DNA of 64,000 nt from an uncultured Kiritimatiellota bacterium (GTDB lineage Bacteria; Verrucomicrobiota; Kiritimatiellia; RFP12; UBA1067): NCBI GenBank assembly GCA_934675625.1, contig CAKURH010000001.1, positions 474 through 64,473 on the forward strand. The letters are read 5' to 3'. This document shows, in pieces, positions 45,139 to 53,537 of the stretch. The stretch's first letter is position 1. The number at the start of each line of letters is the position of its first letter. The notes beneath the pieces are model-generated. The model searched no databases. It worked only from the letters and a program-made list of their open reading frames with translations, and had not been told where the DNA came from. The position numbers were made by a program, and so were the translations under genes.

Positions 45139-46413
45139 ATGAAGATGAAGACCTTGGGAATCGTTTGTGCGGGGCTGCTCGCGGCGTGTGAGGTAGGAGC
45201 GGCCGATTCGACCGTTGAACTCCTTTCGGTCGCGCAGGATGCGGCGACCAAGAACGTCACCGTCACGTATCGCCTGACGGGTGCGGATGCGATCGTCACG
45301 CTGGACGTCTTGACGAACGGCGTGTCGGTGGGCGGCGTGGCGTTCGTTGCCGGAGACGCCAACCGTCTCGTGTCCGCTGACGAGTCCGCCGTGCGGACGA
45401 TTGCGTGGGCGGCGGCGAAAGACCGTCCGGACGAAATCGGGCCTCTTGGCGACGCGGCACGAGTCGTCGTTCAGGCGTGGAAACCGTCCGAACCGCCGCC
45501 GTACCTGTGCCTCGACCTGATGCACGCCAACGTCGGCGCGACGTACTACGCCGGCCCGGCGGCCGTTCCCGGCGGCGTGACGAGCGACCTCTACAAGACC
45601 GAGCGTCTGCTGATGCGGCGCATCCCGGCCAAGGGGACGCGCTGGCGCATCGGCAGTGGCCTCGACACGGGCGATTTCCCGTCCTGGTACGTGACGCTGA
45701 CGAAGGACTACTATCTGGGCGTCTATCCCGTGACGGAGGCGCAGCGGAGGCTGATTCGCTCCAGCACGCGGGACTTCGCGAAGACGCCGGCGGATTACGC
45801 GGCGGCCGGGCTTCTGACGCCGGCGGTCAAAGTCGCCTGGACGTCGGTGCGCGGCAGCACCATCGGGTCGGCCTATCCGTCCGCCGCCGAGGGCCACGCG
45901 CGCACGGACGTCGACGCGGGCTCCGACCTGGCGTATTGGCGGTCGTTCACGGGACAGAACCTTGACCTGCCGACGGACGCCCAGTGGGAATTCGCCGCCC
46001 GTGCTGGGACGTCGGGCGCGTTCTACAATGGCGCGGCGAATGCCGAGGCGCTGGACGAGATCGCCTGGACGAAGGAGAACGCGCAGGGCGTCGTCCAGCC
46101 GGTCGGGCTGAAGGCGCCGAACGCCCTGGGCCTTTACGACATGATCGGCAATGTCTACGAGCATTGCCTGGACTGGCTGACGCTCGGCGCCTATGAGGAT
46201 GTCAACGGAACGGCGGTTGCGGTTGGCGGCGACGTCACGGATCCGGTGGGGCCGTCGGGCAATGAGAATAATTGGCGTGTGCGGCGCGGCGGGTCATGCG
46301 GTGAGCCCTGGAACTCGATTTACCAGATGGCCTATTGCCGCGTTCGACACCTATCCTTCGACAACCCATGGGATGTGGTCACCGGCTATCGCCTCTGCGT
46401 GGAACTGCCGTGA
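45139..46413 (+). CDS. Exported FGE-sulfatase/SUMF1-domain (DUF323) protein, paralog 1
   Basis: Signal peptide. C-terminal LPTDAQWEFAARAG…GLYDMIGNVYEHC…RVRRGGSCG, the SUMF1 hallmark. Confidence 0.7.
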   Translation: MKMKTLGIVCAGLLAACEVGAADSTVELLSVAQDAATKNVTVTYRLTGADAIVTLDVLTNGVSVGGVAFVAGDANRLVSADESAVRTIAWAAAKDRPDEIGPLGDAARVVVQAWKPSEPPPYLCLDLMHANVGATYYAGPAAVPGGVTSDLYKTERLLMRRIPAKGTRWRIGSGLDTGDFPSWYVTLTKDYYLGVYPVTEAQRRLIRSSTRDFAKTPADYAAAGLLTPAVKVAWTSVRGSTIGSAYPSAAEGHARTDVDAGSDLAYWRSFTGQNLDLPTDAQWEFAARAGTSGAFYNGAANAEALDEIAWTKENAQGVVQPVGLKAPNALGLYDMIGNVYEHCLDWLTLGAYEDVNGTAVAVGGDVTDPVGPSGNENNWRVRRGGSCGEPWNSIYQMAYCRVRHLSFDNPWDVVTGYRLCVELP

Positions 46414-46457
46414 CAGGAACGATTGTGACAAGAAAGACGAAGAGAAAGGTTCATTCA

Positions 46458-47684
46458 ATGAAAACGCTTTTCAGCACTTTGGCAGTTGCCCTGACGGCTG
46501 GCGCCCTGACGGCGCGGCCCGTGATCACGGACGTCGCGCTTGTGAACGAGAACGACCGAAACAAGAATGTCGTCGTCACCTACACGCTTGCGGACGAGGA
46601 CGCCATCGTCACGGCCGCATTCACGGCGGACGACATGTCGATTCCCCCCGCGGCGACGACAAACCTCACGGGGGACGTGAATGCCCGCGTGGGCGTTGGC
46701 GTCCGTCGGTTCGTCTGGCCGGTCCGTGCGGCGTTTCCGCAGACCGTCCTGAAGAACCTGAAGGTTCACCTGACGGCCAGGAGCGTCGGCCAGCCGCCTG
46801 CGTATGTGGCGTTTGACCTGACGGGGCGGGATCGCCCGCGCTACTACGTGTCGGACGATGCCGTGCCGGGAGGCGTCTTGTCGCGGACGTACAAGACCGA
46901 CAAGCTGCTGATGCGGCGCATTCCGGCGGCGGGCGTCGAGGCGAAGCTGGGCGATGTCACGGGGGCGAGGGCTTCGGAGTGTCCGATGCGCCTTGTCTCC
47001 TTCACGGAAGACTATTATATCGGCGTCTTCGAGCTGACGGCCGGACAGTGCGCCTGGATGAAGGGCAAGCCGATGTCCGAAGCGGACGAAGAGTCGGCGG
47101 TGAAGCCGACGATCAACGACCCTTCATCGACGTGGGAAGCCCTGCGCGGCAAGGGATTCTCCTGGCCGGCGGTGGCGGACGGACAGACCTCGGCGCATGC
47201 GGTGGACGCCACGTCTCTGCTGGGAAAGTTGCGCACGAGCCAGGGCTATGCGTTTGACTTGCCGACGGACGCCCAGTGGGAGTTTGCCGCGCGTGCGGGG
47301 CAGCGCACGGACTATCCGGGGGCGGATGCGTCGTCTCTGCTGGAGTGCGGCTGGTACAAAGACGAAACGAATGACGTGGTGGAAGTCGGGCTGAAGCGTC
47401 CGAACGGGTTCGGCCTGTATGACATGGGCGGCAACGCGCTCGAGCATGTCCTGGATCTCTACGGCACGTCGGCTGAGACGCCCGCCTACGGCAGCCGCCA
47501 GACGGATCCGGTCGGCCCGACGACGCCGGACGAGAAGTGCTACCGCACGCGGCGCGGCGGGTCATGCGGCCAGACGTGCGTTGAAGGATTCGCGAAAGTC
47601 TACGCGCGGATACCCTATGGATTCGACAACTGGGCGGCTTTGACAGCCCCACGTCTCGTCTGTCCGGTCTGCCCCATCGAGTGA
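46458..47684 (+). CDS. Exported FGE-sulfatase/SUMF1-domain protein, paralog 2
   Basis: MKTLFSTLAVALTAGALTA signal peptide. LPTDAQWEFAARAG…GLYDMGGNALEHV…RTRRGGSCG. Confidence 0.7.
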   Translation: MKTLFSTLAVALTAGALTARPVITDVALVNENDRNKNVVVTYTLADEDAIVTAAFTADDMSIPPAATTNLTGDVNARVGVGVRRFVWPVRAAFPQTVLKNLKVHLTARSVGQPPAYVAFDLTGRDRPRYYVSDDAVPGGVLSRTYKTDKLLMRRIPAAGVEAKLGDVTGARASECPMRLVSFTEDYYIGVFELTAGQCAWMKGKPMSEADEESAVKPTINDPSSTWEALRGKGFSWPAVADGQTSAHAVDATSLLGKLRTSQGYAFDLPTDAQWEFAARAGQRTDYPGADASSLLECGWYKDETNDVVEVGLKRPNGFGLYDMGGNALEHVLDLYGTSAETPAYGSRQTDPVGPTTPDEKCYRTRRGGSCGQTCVEGFAKVYARIPYGFDNWAALTAPRLVCPVCPIE

Positions 47685-50131
47685 GTTGTCTCTGTTTGAA
47701 AAAGATTCGAACGAGTGTCGCCGTTGCTTTGTTCGTAGCAAGCGTGTGCGGGGCGGCGTCTGCGCCTGATCCGGCGGAGGCCTTTCGCCGCCCGCCGCAG
47801 ACGGCGAAGGTCGGCGTCTGGTGGCATTGGATGGGGACGGGCGTCTCGCGCGAAGGCCTTGTGCGCGATCTCGACTGGATGGCGGAAAGCGGCGTCGGGA
47901 CAGTCGTGGCCTTTGCCGGGCCGGACGTCTCCGCGCCCGGCAAGGTCGAACTCGCGGGCGGGCCGTCCGAGGACCTTGTCGCGGCCACGCCCGCGTGGTG
48001 GGCGCTCATGCGCTTCGCCGTCGCGGAGGCCGTGCGGCGCGGACTGGAAGTCGGCCTTCACAACTGCCCCGGCTATTCGCATTCCGGCGGGCCGTGGACA
48101 AGGCCCGAACACGCGATGCGCGAACTCGTCTTCGAGCAGGACGGCCGTCGGCTCGGCGTCGGCGGCCAGCCGTTCGCGGGGACGCTCGTTGATGCGCGTG
48201 AGATTGCCCGTTATTCGCTCCCGTCCGGCGAGCTGGTCGTTTCGCATGTCGCGAAGCCGTCCTTCAACAGTCCGGCTCAGAAGGACGCGACGGGCTACGA
48301 ATGCGACAAGATGTCGGCGGCGGCGGTCAACGCCCATTGGGATCATGTGCTGGACGACGTGAAGAAAGCCCTCGGCGACTTCATCGGAAAGGGCTTCAAT
48401 TTCCTCCATGTTGACAGCTATGAGGCGGGAACGCCCAGCTGGACGCCGCAGATGCGCGAGGCGTTCCGGAGACGACGCGGTTACGATCCGATCCCGTATC
48501 TGCCGAGTCTCGCCGGATTCGCCGTTTCGGGTGCGCGTGCGGCGACATTCCGGCGCGACTTCGACCGCACGGTGGCGGACCTCTACCGAGACGTGTTCTT
48601 CAGGCTTTCGCGCGACCGTCTGCACGCGGCGGGGCTGGCGTTCTCGTGCGAACCCTACACGGGTCCGTTCGAGACGGAGGCCTGTGCGGCGTTCGTCGAT
48701 CGCGTCGGGACTGAGTTCTGGAGCGGGGGCTGCCCGTGGGATGGCTACGAACTGCCGTCGCCCGGGCAATGGGGGCGCGTGCGCGACAGCCATTTTCCGC
48801 AGGGCGTTCCGAACCGGCTGTTCGAGGCGGAGGCCTTGACGGGCTGGCCGGAAAGCTCGCGATGGGACGAGACGCCCGCCAAGCTGAAGCCATTCGTCGA
48901 TTTCGCGTTCGCGCGCGGCATCAACCGCCTGATGCTGCATTCGGTCGCGCTCCAGCCGTGGGGCGACGGGATTCGCCCCGGCATGACGTTCGGCTGCTGG
49001 GGCACGCATTTCGGGCGCACCCAGACGTGGGCGCAGGACGCCGCCGTGTTCTTCGCGTTCATCAGCCGTTGCCAGGCGCTCTTGCAGTGGGGCGCGCGGG
49101 CGGACGACGCGCGGTGGCCGGGCGGCGACTGGGGACAGTTCGTGCGGCGGTCGGACGACGTGACCGTGCGCTTTCTCGTCAATCCGTCTGCGACGAACTT
49201 CACGCTGACGGCGCGTGGCGAATGGTTCGACCCGGCGACGGGCGAGATCGGCGCGCCGCCGTCCGTTGTCGCGCCGGGGCAAAGCGGCTTTCTCGTGACG
49301 GGGCGCACGGAAGGGCTGTCGCCTGAACCGCCGCCGCTGCCAGCGGCTGAACTGACGGGGACGTGGACAATCGACTGGCGGAGCGCGGCGCCGGGGCCGT
49401 CGCCGGAGACGGTGCGGACGACGCATCCGTTCTTCGACTGGACGACATGTGCGGACGACGAGATTCGCCACTTTTCCGGCACGGCGACGTATCGGCTTTC
49501 ATTCGACTGTCCGGACGCGGCGACGGTCACGGCAATCGACCTTGGCGACTTGCGCGGCAACAGTGCGTGCGTGCGACTCAACGGCGTCTCGCTGGGCACG
49601 GTCTGGGCACCGCCGCATCGTGTGCGCGTGAGGCCGGGACTCTTAAAGCCGACGGGCAACCGAATTGAGATCGACTACACGAACGTCTGGGCGAATCGGC
49701 TCATTGGCGACGAGCGTTTCCCTGAAGTCTGCGAACGGCGGACGGCGCAATGCCTTGGACGTGAGATCGGCAGCCGCCCGACGCGCTATCCGGCGTTTCT
49801 GAAGACGGGGCGGCTGCCGCCGGACACGCGGCGGCGCACGTTCTCGATGTGGAACTACTTCACGGCGGAGTCGCCGCTTGTGCCGTCTGGCCTCGTCGGC
49901 CCCGTGCGGCTTTTGGACAAAACTTCGATTGGCGAGAGGCCGCCTGCGGCGCTGAACACGGAGGGTTTTGAGAAACGGAGTCACGGAGATTTGAGGATGG
50001 GTGTAGACAGGATGGGCAGAATCCTAAAGGTCAACGCTCCCAATCCTGTGAATCCTGTAAATCCTGTCAAAACCTCCGTGCCTTCCCACCTCCAGAATTC
50101 TCCGTGTTCAGCGAAAGCAACTGAACTTTAG
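47681..50131 (+). CDS. Secreted TIM-barrel glycoside-hydrolase-like protein (816 aa). Its C-terminal about 60 aa are encoded by MITE copy A10.
   Basis: GTG start overlapping the upstream stop. …VGVWWHWMGTGVSREGLVRDLDWMAESGVG… The frame stays open through gccgcctgcggcgctgaacacgg (…PPAALNTEGFEKRSHG…) to 50131. Confidence 0.6.
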   Translation: MSCLCLKKIRTSVAVALFVASVCGAASAPDPAEAFRRPPQTAKVGVWWHWMGTGVSREGLVRDLDWMAESGVGTVVAFAGPDVSAPGKVELAGGPSEDLVAATPAWWALMRFAVAEAVRRGLEVGLHNCPGYSHSGGPWTRPEHAMRELVFEQDGRRLGVGGQPFAGTLVDAREIARYSLPSGELVVSHVAKPSFNSPAQKDATGYECDKMSAAAVNAHWDHVLDDVKKALGDFIGKGFNFLHVDSYEAGTPSWTPQMREAFRRRRGYDPIPYLPSLAGFAVSGARAATFRRDFDRTVADLYRDVFFRLSRDRLHAAGLAFSCEPYTGPFETEACAAFVDRVGTEFWSGGCPWDGYELPSPGQWGRVRDSHFPQGVPNRLFEAEALTGWPESSRWDETPAKLKPFVDFAFARGINRLMLHSVALQPWGDGIRPGMTFGCWGTHFGRTQTWAQDAAVFFAFISRCQALLQWGARADDARWPGGDWGQFVRRSDDVTVRFLVNPSATNFTLTARGEWFDPATGEIGAPPSVVAPGQSGFLVTGRTEGLSPEPPPLPAAELTGTWTIDWRSAAPGPSPETVRTTHPFFDWTTCADDEIRHFSGTATYRLSFDCPDAATVTAIDLGDLRGNSACVRLNGVSLGTVWAPPHRVRVRPGLLKPTGNRIEIDYTNVWANRLIGDERFPEVCERRTAQCLGREIGSRPTRYPAFLKTGRLPPDTRRRTFSMWNYFTAESPLVPSGLVGPVRLLDKTSIGERPPAALNTEGFEKRSHGDLRMGVDRMGRILKVNAPNPVNPVNPVKTSVPSHLQNSPCSAKATEL
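49943..50113. repeat. MITE-like repeat, copy A10 (long variant with internal aatcctgt triplet repeats)
   Basis: gcctgcggcgctgaacacggagg…cctccgtg…ctccgtgttcagcg. Confidence 0.65.
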
Positions 50132-50162
50132 TCAAGACCAAACAAAGAGAGGCATCTAAATC

Positions 50163-53100
50163 ATGAGAAAATTGGTTTTTGTGGTGGTGGCGGCGGTCGT
50201 CTTGGGCGTGGTGGCGGCGCCCGTCAAGGTCATCTTCGACACGGACATGATCTGCGATTTTGACGACGTCGGGGCGCTCGCGTGTCTGCACGCGCTCGCG
50301 GACGCGGGCGAGTGCGAGATCCTCGCGACGGTGAGCAGCACGCGCGGAAACGCCTCGGTTGGCGCGATTCAGGTCATCAACGCCTACTACGGGCGCGCAG
50401 GCCTTCCCGTCGGCGCGCCGAAGGGGACGTGCGTCCTCGGCGCCTGGCCCGGCGCGAAGGAGAAGGTCGATCCGATGGCGCCGCTCGGCGAGCGTCCGTC
50501 TTCTGGCGGTGACGGCGGGCACTACAAGTACCGCAAGCTCATCCGCGACTATCCGGCGGCGGTGACGTATCCGGACGCCGACGACGCGCCGGACGCGACC
50601 GGCGTCTATCGGCGGGCGTTGGCATCCGCGCCGGACAAGTCGGTCGTCATCTGCTCCGTCGGCTTTCTCACGAACCTCCGTCGGCTTCTGGAGACGCCTT
50701 CGGACGACATCTCGCCGCTGGACGGGCGGACTCTCGTCGCGCGGAAGGTCATCCGCTGGGTGGCGATGGCCTGCAGCTATCCGGACGGGCTGGAATACAA
50801 TGCGGAACAGGACGCGGAGTCCTCGCGCATGGCCCTCGCGAACTGGCCGACGCCAATCGTCTTCTCGGACTTCCAGTACGGATACGACGTCTATGCCGGG
50901 CGGGCCGTGGCGGACCTGCCGGGGCCGCGCAACCCGGTCAAGGACGTGTTCGTCGGTCAGCTTCCGTCGCTCGCGGATGTCGCCGCCGACCCGGCGAAGT
51001 GGCGGCGGGCGTGCTACGGCGCGGGCGGACGCTCGGCGTGGGACGAGACGGCCGTCCTCGCGGCGGTGCGCGGCGTCGAGCCGTATTTCAATGTCCGTCG
51101 CGGCTTCTATCGCATCGTCGGGCCGAAGGGCGAGGACGAGTGGGTGCCGGACGAGGAAAACGGCTCGCACCTGCGCCTTACGGAAAAGGTCTCCAAGGCC
51201 GAGATAGGCCGGATCCTTGACGATCTCATGTGCCGACCGCCTCAATCGGCCACGCGCAACGCGGCGACTGTCGGGAGGTTCTCGAAGGCGGGTTACTGGG
51301 AGGTGCCCGGCTCGCCGCGTCGGATCACGTCGCTGAACCCCGGCTGGGCGTTCTCGCTCGACGACTTCCGGACGGCGAAGACGGTGAACCTGCCGCATTC
51401 GATCGACGAGGGCGAGATCGGCTTCGCGGCGTCCGGTGGCGTCAACCGCCAACAGCCGGCGTGGTATCGCAAGAACTTCGCGTGGAACGGCACGAGCGCA
51501 CGGCAGTTTCTTCATTTCGAGGCCATCATGGGCAAGAGCCGCATCACGCTGAACGGGCGGGAGGTCGCTGCGCATTTCGGCGGATTCCTGCCGATTCACG
51601 TCGAGGTGACGGATGTCCTGAAGCGCGGCGAGAATCTGCTGGAGGTCTGGTGCGACAACTCGGACGATCCGACGTTTCCGCCGGGAAAGCCGCAAGACCA
51701 GCTGGACTTCGCCTACTTCGGCGGCATCTACCGCGACGCCTATCTCGTCGAGACGGGCGACGCCTACGTGACGGACTCGGGCCAAGGCGGCGTTTCCGTC
51801 ACCTCGCGCCTGGAGTCCGATGGCGGCTGGACGGTCTTCGCGGACGTGACGCTCGGCGGCGTGACGAACGGGGCGTCCGTGCGCTTTCTCCATGACGGTG
51901 CGCCCGTGACGCCGCCGTTTCGCCCGGAGAGCCCCAAACTCTGGTCTCCGGAGGAGCCGAACCTGCACTTGCTGACGGTTGAGGTCATCCGCGACGGGCA
52001 GGTCGTCGATGCCGTCGGCGTGCGCTTCGGCATCCGCGACTTCGCGCTCGACGCGAACGGTCTCACGCTCAACGGCCGCCGCTATCCGAAGAAGCTCATC
52101 GGCGTCAACCGCCATCAGGACTACCTGTTCATCGGCATGGCGCTGCCGAATTCCCTGCACTGGCGGGACGCGAAGAAATACCGGGACTGCGGCATGACCG
52201 TCATCCGCAACGCGCACTATCCGCAGGACCCTGCGTTCATGGACGCCTGCGACGAGCTCGGCCTGTTTGTGGTCGTCAACACGCCCGGATGGCAGTTCTG
52301 GAATCAGGACGATCCCGCCTTCGAGCGGCGCGTCTACGATGACATCGTGAAAATGGTGCGGCGCGACCGGGCACGGCCCTCGCTCTTGATGTGGGAGCCG
52401 GTCCTGAACGAGACGCGGTATCCGGCGGCCTTCGTGACGAACGCCGTCCGCCTCGTGAAGCGCGAGACGCGCATGCCGAACTACTGCGCGTGCGACGGCC
52501 ATGCGGCTGGAGCGGACGTCTGCGACGTGCGCTACTGGATCTCGGCGAAGGGGACGGTTGACGCGCGCAGGCCGTCGTTTTGCCGCGAATGGGGCGACTT
52601 CCCGGACGACTGGAACGCGCAGAACTCGTCTTCGCGCGTGGCGCTGGAGTGGGGCGAAGGGCCGATGGTCGCACAGGCGGACCACTACATGAACGAGACG
52701 GCATGGCCGAGCCTGAAGACCCTGTGCGCGGCGCCGCCTTCGCTTTTCGGCGCGACGCTCTGGCACGGCGCCGACCATGCGCGCGGCTACCATCCCGACA
52801 ACTTCTTCGGCGGCATTCTCTCCTACGGGCGACAGAAGAAATACGCCTGGCATGCCTTCAAGGCGGCGCTCACGGACGAGCCTTATGTCTTCGTCGCGCA
52901 TGAGTTCGCGCCGTATTCGCCGGTGGACATCACGGTCTACTCAAACTGCGCCTACACGGCCACGTGGCTCGGGAAGCCGTTTGATCCCGCGCAAACGAAG
53001 TTCCGCTACTGGGAAGCGCAACGCCTGACCTACGACGGTGCGCATCCCGAACGTCAGCGACAGGCCGTCCTGAAGGTCCGACTGCCGGACGGCTCGGAAA

Positions 53101-53537
53101 TCGTGAAGGAGCGCGCCAAGCGTTTCGCGCGGATTGACCTTGCGCTCGACACCGAGGGGCTGTCGCCGGTGGCGGACGGTTCGGATCTCGTCGCCCTGAC
53201 GGCCACGCTGGCGGACTCGGCGGGGACGCCGAGGCGCTACGCCCGCGAGAAGATCCGCTTTTCGGCGGAGGGCCCTGCGGAGATTGTCGGCGAGAATCCC
53301 CAGGAGACGCGCTGGGGCGAAGCGGTCGTGCTGATTCGTCCGCAAGCGACGGCGACGCCGCGTCCGATTACCGTGCGCGCCGAGCTGGTCCGGCGCGGCG
53401 AATACGCGCGGCAGAACGGATTTCTGACGTTCACGCCTGGCTTGGCGTCTGTCACGACAGGCCACGCGGCGGCGGGTGACGCGCGGCGTCTGCGCGCGGT
53501 CGAACAGCAGCAGAAGGACTTCAATGTGGCGGACTGA
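50163..53537 (+). CDS. Fusion protein: N-terminal inosine-uridine nucleoside-hydrolase-like domain (about 330 aa) plus GH2 beta-galactosidase/glucuronidase-like module (1124 aa)
   Basis: Signal peptide. IFDTDMICDFDDVGAL (the IUNH DxDxxxDD motif). Later GH2 blocks (…RQFLHFEAIMGKSRITLNGREV…; GVNRHQDY). Confidence 0.7.
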   Translation: MRKLVFVVVAAVVLGVVAAPVKVIFDTDMICDFDDVGALACLHALADAGECEILATVSSTRGNASVGAIQVINAYYGRAGLPVGAPKGTCVLGAWPGAKEKVDPMAPLGERPSSGGDGGHYKYRKLIRDYPAAVTYPDADDAPDATGVYRRALASAPDKSVVICSVGFLTNLRRLLETPSDDISPLDGRTLVARKVIRWVAMACSYPDGLEYNAEQDAESSRMALANWPTPIVFSDFQYGYDVYAGRAVADLPGPRNPVKDVFVGQLPSLADVAADPAKWRRACYGAGGRSAWDETAVLAAVRGVEPYFNVRRGFYRIVGPKGEDEWVPDEENGSHLRLTEKVSKAEIGRILDDLMCRPPQSATRNAATVGRFSKAGYWEVPGSPRRITSLNPGWAFSLDDFRTAKTVNLPHSIDEGEIGFAASGGVNRQQPAWYRKNFAWNGTSARQFLHFEAIMGKSRITLNGREVAAHFGGFLPIHVEVTDVLKRGENLLEVWCDNSDDPTFPPGKPQDQLDFAYFGGIYRDAYLVETGDAYVTDSGQGGVSVTSRLESDGGWTVFADVTLGGVTNGASVRFLHDGAPVTPPFRPESPKLWSPEEPNLHLLTVEVIRDGQVVDAVGVRFGIRDFALDANGLTLNGRRYPKKLIGVNRHQDYLFIGMALPNSLHWRDAKKYRDCGMTVIRNAHYPQDPAFMDACDELGLFVVVNTPGWQFWNQDDPAFERRVYDDIVKMVRRDRARPSLLMWEPVLNETRYPAAFVTNAVRLVKRETRMPNYCACDGHAAGADVCDVRYWISAKGTVDARRPSFCREWGDFPDDWNAQNSSSRVALEWGEGPMVAQADHYMNETAWPSLKTLCAAPPSLFGATLWHGADHARGYHPDNFFGGILSYGRQKKYAWHAFKAALTDEPYVFVAHEFAPYSPVDITVYSNCAYTATWLGKPFDPAQTKFRYWEAQRLTYDGAHPERQRQAVLKVRLPDGSEIVKERAKRFARIDLALDTEGLSPVADGSDLVALTATLADSAGTPRRYAREKIRFSAEGPAEIVGENPQETRWGEAVVLIRPQATATPRPITVRAELVRRGEYARQNGFLTFTPGLASVTTGHAAAGDARRLRAVEQQQKDFNVAD

